64,000 bases of DNA from Candidatus Omnitrophota bacterium (GTDB lineage Bacteria > Omnitrophota > Gorgyraeia > B26-G9 > JBDRCZ01), in the NCBI GenBank assembly GCA_043821285.1, contig JBDRCZ010000019.1, positions 2,234 through 66,233 of the forward strand, given 5' to 3'. Below, piece after piece: positions 49,406 through 58,967 of the stretch. Numbering within the stretch: position 1 is the stretch's first letter; the number at the start of each line of letters is the position of its first letter. The position numbers were made by a program, and so were the translations under genes. Under the pieces are notes generated by a model that ran no database searches, had not been told where the DNA came from, and saw only the letters and a list, made by a program, of their open reading frames with translations.

Positions 49406-50791
49406 TTATAGTTTTTTTCGTCGTGACCATAATTTATAGGCCGGTATCCCACTTGCGACCAATGCGATGCCGAACAGCGACTCTTGTGGTTTTTGCCCAA
49501 AGACAATAATCACGATAAGAATATTAGACAAAATAAAAATAATCGGGACAAAAGGATATCCCCAGCATTTAAATGGCCTCGGCATATCCGGTGCCTTGTA
49601 TCTTAATATAATTAAAGACACACCCACGAGCACGGAAAACATCGCAATAACAAATGAGGTAAAAATTAAAAGTTGTTCAAATGTTCCTGAAAAAATAAGC
49701 ACGGTAACACAAATCGCCTGTAAGAGTAGTGCCCAATGCGGCGTTATATATTTAGGGTGTAGGTGTGCTATTTTATCAAAAAAAATCTTATCTTTGGCCA
49801 TAGCAAAATAAATTCTTGCGCCGGTCATGATCATTACATTTAAACAACCAAGTATGGAAATTAAAATTAGGATATTAATCGGAACGGCCATCTTGCGTCC
49901 AAAAAGACTTATTGCTGCCAATGCCCCGATATCCAGTACATTCTTCATCTCTTCTAAAGGCAGTGCATAAAGGTAAACACAATTAACTAATAAATAAAGA
50001 CCAATGGTTATAAGTGTACCCAGCAAAAGCGCCAATGGCACGTTCCGCTGGGGGTTCTTAATTTCACTCGCAATATACGTTGCCCCGTTCCAGCCGGAAT
50101 AAGTAAAGATAACAAACATCAGACTCACGGCAAAAGGCCCAATAACAGAATAACCCGCAGTGTAATGCCAAAAATTTTCGTAATTGACCATGGTCCCTTT
50201 TCCAATGGCAAAGGCAAAAATAGATATCAGCAATAACGGCAGTATTTTTAAAACTGTCAATACATTCTCGATAAAACTACCCCACTTAATCCCAATATAA
50301 TTAATATATGTCAAACAATAAACCACCAGTAATCCCGCAAGTTGTCCTTTGTTAATTGAAAAAGAAAAAACATTTCCAATATTTACCGTAAAGATTACAA
50401 AAGAACTGCCTAACCATGGGGAAAAATTGGCCAAATATTTGGCAAAGGCAATACTCGATAAAGCAATCGATGCAGAAAATGACGCGAAAAGGGCTGTCCA
50501 GCCGACAAGGAATCCGATAATCGGTGAATATGCCCGTTTTAAATAAACGTATTCGCCGCCTGAATGCGGCATGGAAGCCGCCAGTTCCGCATAGGTTAGT
50601 GCCCCGGTAAAAGCAAAAATTCCGCCAACTACCCAAGTCAATAAAATAAGAAATCCCGAATCCAGACTTGCGGCTTGAAACCCTGTTGAGGTAAATATTC
50701 CCGTACCAATTATGTTTCCGACCACGACCATAATTGCACCAAATAACCCGATTTTTCTTGCAAATGTTTTTGTGCTGCTCATTCTATTCAT
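49406..50791 (-). CDS. APC family amino acid permease
   Basis: IIGTGIF, YAELAA.MP.SGGEY and YSGW..SEIKNP motifs. Confidence 0.93.
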   Translation of the reverse strand: MNRMSSTKTFARKIGLFGAIMVVVGNIIGTGIFTSTGFQAASLDSGFLILLTWVVGGIFAFTGALTYAELAASMPHSGGEYVYLKRAYSPIIGFLVGWTALFASFSASIALSSIAFAKYLANFSPWLGSSFVIFTVNIGNVFSFSINKGQLAGLLVVYCLTYINYIGIKWGSFIENVLTVLKILPLLLISIFAFAIGKGTMVNYENFWHYTAGYSVIGPFAVSLMFVIFTYSGWNGATYIASEIKNPQRNVPLALLLGTLITIGLYLLVNCVYLYALPLEEMKNVLDIGALAAISLFGRKMAVPINILILISILGCLNVMIMTGARIYFAMAKDKIFFDKIAHLHPKYITPHWALLLQAICVTVLIFSGTFEQLLIFTSFVIAMFSVLVGVSLIILRYKAPDMPRPFKCWGYPFVPIIFILSNILIVIIVFGQKPQESLFGIALVASGIPAYKLWSRRKKL

Positions 50792-50807
50792 TCGCCCCTT
50801 TCTTCTC

Positions 50808-53800
50808 TTATAATTCCTCTATTAACTTTTCAATCTGTTGTAACGTTGCTTGCGCCCTTATTCCGTAAATAGAATTCAATTCCAAAGCATCGTTTAAAAT
50901 TTTACGCGCTTCGAGAACTGAGGTTCTGGCACTGGTATAATCTTTAAGTTCTTTTTCAACCCATGCCTTTAAATAATAGCAATCGCCTAAATCTACATAC
51001 AGTTTATATTCATCAGGAGTAATGCGATAGATCTTTTTATAATATTCTATTGCCGTGTTAAAATCTTTTAGCGCATCTTTATTTTGCCCGATTTCTTTTT
51101 TTAATCTTCCCCAGTGATAATAAAGATACCCCAGCGCATCATATCCCGCTACTGAAGTTTCTAAGGTTATCGAATTTGCCAGTTTTACTTTTGCTAACCC
51201 CATATATTTTTCTGCTTCTTTATAGCGGGCATTGACAAACATTAATATAGCATAATTTAAATAAGCACGTCCGAGTTCAATATCATTATAATAAAAATCC
51301 GGCCTTTTTCGATCTGCATCTTTCAAATAGGAAATTGCCTGCTGAAAGCTGGACTTGGCTTCATAAAAATTGCTGTTTTTTATGTATAAATTCCCCCGCT
51401 GTGAATATAAAAAACCTAAGACCAGATATGCAATGTATGGATTTTTATCTATCCCCAGCGCTTCTTTGGCAATATCTATTGCTCCTTCGGTCACTTCAAT
51501 CTTACCGGCTACTTCTTGAAAATAAAGTTTAAGCGTCTGATGTATTTTATGATAATACTCAACTTTTCGCTTATTTTTTAATAAACCGATGTACGAACCG
51601 TAATAAGCCGACATTAGTGGACTCATATCTATTGCTTTTTTCATATATTGAATAGCTAAGGCAATATCGCCCGTATGCTGATAAAATACCGACATTTGCG
51701 CCGGAACCACGGAAAAATAGGGAAAATCTTCCGATGCCTTTTTTAGTGTTTTAACCGCATCTTCTAATTTATTGTTATGGAAATAGGTTAAGGCAAGATA
51801 AAGGTATTGTGCAATATCAGGTTCATTTTTTAATTTCTGTTTGTATATTCTGATTAATTCCAAATGGTTGCCTTGGGGAAAAAGATATTGTGAAACGGCG
51901 CGGTTTATTCTTAAAAATTTTTCATAAACGCCATTATTATAAAACGAGCCAAGATTATATGTCGTATCATATAAAATCAGCAGTCCTTGGATATTTAAAA
52001 CTTTAAACACCTTATCAATGTTTTTGTACACTTCTTGCGAATCAATATACATTAAAACATTCTGTACGCTGACAAGATCGTATGGCGGCCGGAAATTTTC
52101 CGGTAAATTAACCGGCAAATCAGTCAGGATATTTTGTTCTTTAAAGATGATGTGTTCCTTAAAAAAATTCACGTCTTTTATACTATATCCGTTATCCACT
52201 TTTATAAAATATTTCATAATTTTCTGCTTTATTTCTTCGGGAACGCGCAAAAAGGCATCTTCAGGAAAAGTCATTTTTTCCGCAATCTCCACGACCCGCT
52301 GATCATAATCCGTCGCTAAAATATAAAAATCCTTAATCCCCAGCTCAAGCAGTGCCATGGCAAAGGTTAGTGGTTCCTGTCCGGTCGAGCAGGCAAATAC
52401 TTTTAGTTTTAATGGTCGATTTTGCGCTTTTGCTTTTGCCGCCAGTGGTGGTATATACCTCAGGAATTCTTTAACCTCAGTCCAGTTACGGTAAAAATAG
52501 GTACTGCTTAAAGTATAAAACTTTACCGATAAGGAAAAAAGCAATTGATCATCTACTTTATCCAACTGACCAATGCCATTTGACAGTAAATAATTATTCA
52601 GGTTTTCACTCAATTGATATTTATCTTTATCACTTAACTCGATAAAAAATACCGTCTTATACCGCCTTTTGATTTTTTCGGCTAATTGATCATAGGTATT
52701 ATTGTTTAATTTATGATCTTTAAGAACGGTAATATATTCGGCTATTGCCGTATTGATCATTTTTGCCGGTAACAGGCGATCATCCACATGTTCCAATAAA
52801 TTAGCTATGTTATTTAGCACGTTAAAATCATTAATTAAAAAATACCAGTCATAAATTTTGCTCCCATCCTGTTTATATCTGACAAACGGCTTATTTAGAA
52901 ACTTTATTAATTTTTCTTTTGACAGCTCAAAATCTGTTATAAATTCTGTATCGCCTAATACCGCGGGGGCGGTGTAATTATCTAAAGGAGCGGTGATATC
53001 AAACAAAAGATTATAAGGATTTTTTATGGAAACATTTCCCGATACGGCAATCATTCTCTTCGCGGGATTGCTGCCCAAGCGGGCAAGAATACTAACTACA
53101 TTCTTATCGTGCATTAGATCTTTGACCAGCGCATTATCAAAATATACCTTTTCTGCAAATTTGTCCGAGCTCGTAAACAAATGCCGCTTTTGATTAGCCT
53201 GATTGGGTTGGATATCTTTTGCACTTAAGGTATGTGTTAACCAGCTAATTATCTTTTCCTCGACTTCATGCCGGACATCGGAAAGAAATAATCTTGTCCC
53301 GTGTCCCTTTTGATTATATATTTTTAATTCTTTAACCCCTTGATAATTCTCATAAAGATGTTTGCCGGATGCATAGTTTTGTTCTGTTTCATCTAAAAAT
53401 ACTAACAGGCTAATATCTTTTTTAGCTATATTTTTTATCTCGTTTTTAACTTCGACTCCCAGATAATTAAATGCCGGAGACATCAATACCATGCTGCATA
53501 TATTATTAGATACAGCCGCAAGTTGTATCGCAACATTACACCCAAGGCTCGCACCAATAAGCCCAACCCTCTCCAGATCAACGCCCGGCTGCTGCAATAA
53601 AAAATCTCTGGCCGCAGTTGCATCCTTTATCATGTCTTGATATGCGGCATATTTAAATTTTTGCCAATTAATATCCTTGCCTTTTTGCACGTTACTTTGG
53701 CCATGTCCGCGCAGGTCAATTGCCAGCACAACATATCCTTCCTGCTGTAATTTTTGCGCAAAGGCATGCCAATCCTCTTTGCTCCCCTGCCACATATGAA

Positions 53801-53981
53801 AAAGCATCACTGCCGGCCTGCTGTTTGTATCCTGATGAAAATATAAAGTGCCTTTGATAATCACGCTATCACTGGTAGAAAACTCCACGGTTTTTACCGG
53901 ATATTCCATAGAAAATGCCAATCTGGCATTAAAAATAACCAATAACAAAAATATAAATACTACCTGATTAAAATTTTTCAC
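50808..53981 (-). CDS. Signal peptide + alpha/beta hydrolase + CheR-like methyltransferase + TPR fusion
   Basis: DLRGHG, GASLG, GHG; TYFYR, ACSTGQEP, ATDYD, QNVLMY; TPR-like C-terminus; GTG start after AGGAG. Confidence 0.8.
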   Translation of the reverse strand: MKNFNQVVFIFLLLVIFNARLAFSMEYPVKTVEFSTSDSVIIKGTLYFHQDTNSRPAVMLFHMWQGSKEDWHAFAQKLQQEGYVVLAIDLRGHGQSNVQKGKDINWQKFKYAAYQDMIKDATAARDFLLQQPGVDLERVGLIGASLGCNVAIQLAAVSNNICSMVLMSPAFNYLGVEVKNEIKNIAKKDISLLVFLDETEQNYASGKHLYENYQGVKELKIYNQKGHGTRLFLSDVRHEVEEKIISWLTHTLSAKDIQPNQANQKRHLFTSSDKFAEKVYFDNALVKDLMHDKNVVSILARLGSNPAKRMIAVSGNVSIKNPYNLLFDITAPLDNYTAPAVLGDTEFITDFELSKEKLIKFLNKPFVRYKQDGSKIYDWYFLINDFNVLNNIANLLEHVDDRLLPAKMINTAIAEYITVLKDHKLNNNTYDQLAEKIKRRYKTVFFIELSDKDKYQLSENLNNYLLSNGIGQLDKVDDQLLFSLSVKFYTLSSTYFYRNWTEVKEFLRYIPPLAAKAKAQNRPLKLKVFACSTGQEPLTFAMALLELGIKDFYILATDYDQRVVEIAEKMTFPEDAFLRVPEEIKQKIMKYFIKVDNGYSIKDVNFFKEHIIFKEQNILTDLPVNLPENFRPPYDLVSVQNVLMYIDSQEVYKNIDKVFKVLNIQGLLILYDTTYNLGSFYNNGVYEKFLRINRAVSQYLFPQGNHLELIRIYKQKLKNEPDIAQYLYLALTYFHNNKLEDAVKTLKKASEDFPYFSVVPAQMSVFYQHTGDIALAIQYMKKAIDMSPLMSAYYGSYIGLLKNKRKVEYYHKIHQTLKLYFQEVAGKIEVTEGAIDIAKEALGIDKNPYIAYLVLGFLYSQRGNLYIKNSNFYEAKSSFQQAISYLKDADRKRPDFYYNDIELGRAYLNYAILMFVNARYKEAEKYMGLAKVKLANSITLETSVAGYDALGYLYYHWGRLKKEIGQNKDALKDFNTAIEYYKKIYRITPDEYKLYVDLGDCYYLKAWVEKELKDYTSARTSVLEARKILNDALELNSIYGIRAQATLQQIEKLIEEL

Positions 53982-54663
53982 CTTCTCTACTCCTGGCAAT
54001 CGCCCTGAATTCGTCAATGTTTTTTTTAAGATTCCTGTCTAATTGTATTGCTCTCCTAAAATCTTTTCCCGCCTTTTTCTTTTCTCTCTGTAAAACATAG
54101 ATCCTGCCCCGGGTAAAATAACTGAATGCATGATCTCTATTCAGTTTAATTGCACCGGATATATCCCGCATTGCTTCATCTAATTTATTTAACTCCATAA
54201 GAATAAGCGCCCGGTTGTTTAAAGAAAAAAAGTTTTCCGGTTCTAACTCGATGGCAATATTGGCATTTTCTAATGCCTTTTCTAATTCATGCAGATTATA
54301 AAATACCCAGGCAAGATTATTATGAACAATATGATCAAGGCGGTTAATCTCTAATGCGCGGTATAAATCTTTTAGCGCCTGGTCATATTTTTCAAGTTCC
54401 GTGTACAAAAAAGAACGTGCAATATATGCACGTATTAACTTCTCTCCGCTATTGTTCTGACCGCGTTCGGATTCAATTATTTTCGTGTTCGCGGCGATCT
54501 TTTGCTCAATATTCGAAATGTTTGGCAGATATTTCCAATTTTTAAAATTTGCGGCAAAAATAACATCCGCTAAGACAAAAACCAAATATACAAATACAAA
54601 TAAACCAATTAATAAATTCCCCTGCCCATTCTCTTCTTCAATTATGTTGCTAATTCCGTTCAC
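53968..54663 (-). CDS. TPR protein with N-terminal hydrophobic segment
   Basis: About four TPR-like repeats (AY..R, HNNLA, LNNRA, YFTRG). Confidence 0.85.
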   Translation of the reverse strand: MNGISNIIEEENGQGNLLIGLFVFVYLVFVLADVIFAANFKNWKYLPNISNIEQKIAANTKIIESERGQNNSGEKLIRAYIARSFLYTELEKYDQALKDLYRALEINRLDHIVHNNLAWVFYNLHELEKALENANIAIELEPENFFSLNNRALILMELNKLDEAMRDISGAIKLNRDHAFSYFTRGRIYVLQREKKKAGKDFRRAIQLDRNLKKNIDEFRAIARSREGEKF

Positions 54664-54689
54664 CCCCTTAAATATGCGAGTTGCGCTGT

Positions 54690-56465
54690 TTAGCCGGCAA
54701 TTTCCGATTCCTGTTTATTATTATCTTCCGCTTCTTCTTTTAATTTAAACCGCTTTACTAAATTTGCCAAACTTGCCGCCATTTTTGATAATTCTTCGGA
54801 TGAAGAAGTCATTTCTTCCATCGATGAGGTTTGCTGCTGGGTTGAAGTTGAAGTTTCCTGCGCTGCGGACGAGCTCTCCTGGGCAATTGCCGCCAATTCC
54901 TCAATTGCCTTAACTACCCCTTGGGTAACCTTAAGTTGTTCCTGGGCTGCGGTTGAAATATCCGTAACCATTACCGCGGTCTTTTCTACGGTAGTAATAA
55001 TCTCACTGAGCGCTTTTCCGGCCCGATTAACCACTTCTCTTCCACTGGTAACTTCTTTTGAGCCCACCTCGATTGTCCCCACTGCCTTACCAATCTCCGT
55101 CTGTATCCCTTTGATTAATCCGCCAATTTTAGTTGTTGCATCCGCTGACCCCTCCGCTAATTTTCTGATCTCCTCCGCGACCACGGCAAAACCGCGGCCG
55201 GTCTCGCCGGCGCGTGCCGCTTCAATCGCGGCATTTAATGCCAAAAGATTGGTCTGGTCAGCAATCTTCGTAATTACTTCCGTAATTTCACCAATTTGCA
55301 GAGAACGTTCATTTAAGGCACGGATTAAATTCGTGGCAATCGTTACAACTTCCGCAATTTTATCCATCTTTCCGACTGTTTCTTCCGTTGCCTCACCTCC
55401 GACTTGCGCCCGGTCCCTGGCTTGCTGTGAGGCCTCGGCTGCATGCTGAGCATTTTCTGTCACTTGCCGTACCGACCCAGACATTTCATCCATAAGCTTA
55501 GATATTTCCCCCATACGTATTGCCTGGGTCGTAACCCCTTTAGATATCTGCTGGATGGTTGAAGAAATTTCCAATGTTGATGCATTCATGTGCTGGGTAA
55601 ATGAAGACATCTCTTGCGCCGAGGAATTTACTTTCTCTGCCGTGTTTCTAATCTGGCCAACAATATGGTGGGTACTTCGAATAAGCGTGTTAAACCCATC
55701 CGCTAACTGCCCAATCTCATCTTTTAATTGAATATTTACCTGTTGGGTTAGGTCTCCTTCTGCCGCGTTCTGAGCTCCTAACAGTAATAATTTAATTGGA
55801 TAAATTAATCTTTTTACCCCGGCAATAGTTACTACCGTACTAATCAGAATGATTATAAGGGTTAACATTATCGTAGTATTAGTGATGCGTTTGGTTAACA
55901 AATCCGTATTTTTAAGAGAGATGCCCACGCGGGCAACCCCGATCTTGCCTTTGCTTGTTTCTTTCAATTCCTTATCTTCCGAAAACAACCCCATTTCCAA
56001 CTCCGAAAATCCTCCGCCAATTGAATACACTGGCACGGTAATATCATATAAAGATTCCCTGTTTTTATTTTCATATACCTCAACAACCGGTTCAGTCGCG
56101 GTTATTGCTTTTGCATTTATTTTACCACCCAATCCCAGTTCTTCCATGCCGCTTTCACTACTTGCTAAAACATTACCTTCTAAATCTTGAGTTATGGCGT
56201 AAACCACGTCATCCTCTTTCATCACCCCATCAATAAGCTTAGAAAGCATTTCGCGGTTGGCAATCAATACGCCATATTCACTGTTATAGGCTAAATTTTT
56301 CGCTAAAGAAAGCCCGCGTTTTCGCAGATCCTCATATGCCTGTTGATTTACATATCTTATAAAATAAAAACTCAAGCTGCTGGCAACAATAATAATTAGT
56401 AAGGCAATTGAAATTACGGCCTTAAGCTGTAATCCGATCCTAAATGTTTTATGAGAAATATCCAT
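54690..56465 (-). CDS. Methyl-accepting chemotaxis protein
   Basis: Two TM helices, [41 protein letters not shown]. Confidence 0.97.
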   Translation of the reverse strand: MDISHKTFRIGLQLKAVISIALLIIIVASSLSFYFIRYVNQQAYEDLRKRGLSLAKNLAYNSEYGVLIANREMLSKLIDGVMKEDDVVYAITQDLEGNVLASSESGMEELGLGGKINAKAITATEPVVEVYENKNRESLYDITVPVYSIGGGFSELEMGLFSEDKELKETSKGKIGVARVGISLKNTDLLTKRITNTTIMLTLIIILISTVVTIAGVKRLIYPIKLLLLGAQNAAEGDLTQQVNIQLKDEIGQLADGFNTLIRSTHHIVGQIRNTAEKVNSSAQEMSSFTQHMNASTLEISSTIQQISKGVTTQAIRMGEISKLMDEMSGSVRQVTENAQHAAEASQQARDRAQVGGEATEETVGKMDKIAEVVTIATNLIRALNERSLQIGEITEVITKIADQTNLLALNAAIEAARAGETGRGFAVVAEEIRKLAEGSADATTKIGGLIKGIQTEIGKAVGTIEVGSKEVTSGREVVNRAGKALSEIITTVEKTAVMVTDISTAAQEQLKVTQGVVKAIEELAAIAQESSSAAQETSTSTQQQTSSMEEMTSSSEELSKMAASLANLVKRFKLKEEAEDNNKQESEIAG

Positions 56466-56502
56466 ATATAACCTCCTGCATCAATACGTTTAATTATTAT
56501 AG

Positions 56503-57483
56503 CTACTTAAAAATTTCATCTGCTTTTGATAATACTTTCGCCGGGATTTTTATCCCCATAATATCAGCAACTCGTACATTTATAGCCAGGTCCGGGTCCG
56601 TTGGTAAATCTACCGGAATATCCCCGGGCGCCTCTCCTTTTAACACCCGTATAATCATCTCCCCGGTTTTTCGGCCGATATTTTTATAATTACAGTACAC
56701 GCCCATTAATGCCCCGGCTTTTACAAAACTCGGAGAAAATCCGATAAATGGGATCTTATTGCGTAAACTAAATAGCAGGATAAACTGGATAGACTGAGAA
56801 GTAAAGACCGTTGTATCTACCGTTCCCCAGAGAACATCAATCTTTCCATTAAGCGATTCTATGGTTTTAGGCACATCAGCTTTGGAAGAAACCGGCAGCG
56901 CAACCAATTCTAATCCAAGTTTTTCTGCAGCTTCTTTTGCTTCCTTAACCACTCCTGCGGTTTTATCCCGGTCATAGACAACTCCAATTCTTCGTGCCGT
57001 GGGAATAATTGATTTTATCACCGTAAACTGTGTCTCAACGGAAATATTAATACTAACCCCGGTTACATTGTTACCTGGACGTGTCATGCTATTAACTAAA
57101 CCTTCCTCAAGCGGATTAATCACCAGGGAAAATACTACCGGGATATCAGAGATTTCATTTTTAACGATAATACTTGCCTTTGAGCCAAGGGTTAATATTA
57201 AATCGCTTTTTTTATCTTTAATTTTTCGGGCCATCGCCTGTCCCTGCGGCGTACTATCTTCGAAATTATAATAGGTAAAATTAGGCGTGTATCTATTTTT
57301 TTTCAATATCTCGCCAATCCCTTCCACAATACTCTGATAAGCATTAAGTTCCCGATCGATAAAAACAGGTATGTCCACTTCCGCCGCGGCAAGCGGATTT
57401 ATCATGGATAGTAAAAAACAGAGGGAAAATATAAATAACCGTACACTTTTTTTTCTCAGGTTATTTATCTTCAATAAAACCAT
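56503..57483 (-). CDS. ABC-type substrate-binding protein, orphan
   Basis: IPVVFS, NVTGVS, RIGVVYD and FVKAGAL motifs; GAGGT SD. Confidence 0.85.
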   Translation of the reverse strand: MVLLKINNLRKKSVRLFIFSLCFLLSMINPLAAAEVDIPVFIDRELNAYQSIVEGIGEILKKNRYTPNFTYYNFEDSTPQGQAMARKIKDKKSDLILTLGSKASIIVKNEISDIPVVFSLVINPLEEGLVNSMTRPGNNVTGVSINISVETQFTVIKSIIPTARRIGVVYDRDKTAGVVKEAKEAAEKLGLELVALPVSSKADVPKTIESLNGKIDVLWGTVDTTVFTSQSIQFILLFSLRNKIPFIGFSPSFVKAGALMGVYCNYKNIGRKTGEMIIRVLKGEAPGDIPVDLPTDPDLAINVRVADIMGIKIPAKVLSKADEIFK

Positions 57484-57748
57484 GGTAACCTCATGCGATA
57501 TAATTACCTGCCGCTTTAAAATCCGCAGACATAGCCCTTGGATGTCAGAAAAACCTTTGTGCTGTACATCGTCTCCGTTTGCTGGCTCGGTTTTTAAATA
57601 ATTGCCGCTTATTAGATAATTACTGCCAAATATATTAAGCACAATCGAGTTTCCCACTTTTTCTTCTCCTGTTTTTCTCTTTTATTTGTAAAAACACTGT
57701 TTTACCCGCACACGAAAAAGTCATTGTGTAAACCCGCGGCGCTGCACT

Positions 57749-58675
57749 TTACTCGACAATTTCCGCCTTATCGATAATTGCCTGAGGTATCAATAAATTT
57801 ATTTTCTCCGCAACCTTTAAATTTAAAACTAAATTAACCGTTTGTGGAGACTGGATGCCAATATCAGCCGGTGTCTTTTCCCCGCTTAAAATTTTATTAG
57901 CAATATCTGCGGCCTGTCTGCCTAAATCTTGACAATCAACATCCAAACTGAATAATCCCCCTTTTTTTACAAAGGTTTTAGCCGGACATAGTAACGGTAT
58001 CTCATTACTTAAACTAAAAAACAGCAATCCTTGAAATACCGTGCTATTTACAACAACCGGGTCGGGAATTACCCAAAAGGCATCGATCTTGTCTTGCAAA
58101 TATTTAATCGTTTTAGAAATCTCTGATTTCGACTCCATCTTTACATCAACAATAGTTAGATCTAAAGCCAGCGCTTCTTTTTTAGCTTCCTTAATTATCT
58201 CGGTAGTTCTTTGCGGATCGTATATCACCCCTACTCTTTTAACCTGCGGGGCGATGTTTTTTAAATGTATCAGTTGATATTTAGGTGCTACGTCTAACCT
58301 CACCCCACAGATATTGTCGCCAACTAAACCATACCGGACAGGATTCACGACCATGCTAAAAACAATCGGGATATTTGAGATATTCAGTTTAGCCAGCTGG
58401 GCGGCTTTGCTGCCAAGGGCAAAAATTAGGCGGGGAGACTGAAACCGGATTCGCTCGATGATATTTTTTCCTTTATTTAAATCTCCGTGCAGCCAATATT
58501 CGGTCGTCCGCCCCTCATAAGCATCATTAAATCCTTTAAGCACCAACGGATAAATACTATAATCCTCACCAACAATAACCGCAACATCCGCGGCATCGGC
58601 TTTAATACACCATACCCCCATTAATACCCATACTAAAAATAAACCGACAATTACTGCCCGCTTTTCTTTTCTCAT
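57749..58675 (-). CDS. ABC-type substrate-binding protein, orphan
   Basis: IPIVFSMVVNP, RVGVIYDP and FVKKGGL motifs; AGGAG SD before MRKEK. Confidence 0.85.
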   Translation of the reverse strand: MRKEKRAVIVGLFLVWVLMGVWCIKADAADVAVIVGEDYSIYPLVLKGFNDAYEGRTTEYWLHGDLNKGKNIIERIRFQSPRLIFALGSKAAQLAKLNISNIPIVFSMVVNPVRYGLVGDNICGVRLDVAPKYQLIHLKNIAPQVKRVGVIYDPQRTTEIIKEAKKEALALDLTIVDVKMESKSEISKTIKYLQDKIDAFWVIPDPVVVNSTVFQGLLFFSLSNEIPLLCPAKTFVKKGGLFSLDVDCQDLGRQAADIANKILSGEKTPADIGIQSPQTVNLVLNLKVAEKINLLIPQAIIDKAEIVE

Positions 58676-58777
58676 CTTCACTCCTTTGCACCATTCCGAT
58701 ATTCCATCATCGTCGAAAAACCTTTGCTTCTCATCAAAACGATAATGAATCTCCCGCTCAGCAAGAGAAGGGGTATC

Positions 58778-58930
58778 TTCATACATGGAAAATGCAATCA
58801 TTTTCCGGTCATCCGCCTAGGCGGATGCAAGCGAAATTGTCTTCGCTTCCGCCACGGCGGATCTTCGACAATTTCGCAAAAAACAAAAACCTTTTACCCT
58901 CTAGCTTGCTACCGGGAATACTCAAGTTTA
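58778..58930. repeat. Repeat family B, copy B2 (inverted relative to B1)
   Basis: Matches 23625-23777. Confidence 0.9.
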
Positions 58931-58967
58931 TCCACGCACAAAACATGTTCTGTATCCGGGATGTTTT

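Noticed and set aside
58778-58930. Possible riboswitch (cobalamin or c-di-GMP) next to the TBDR genes
   Set aside because: No B12-box or GEMM motif recognised, and the same element occurs in the opposite orientation in the EPS locus
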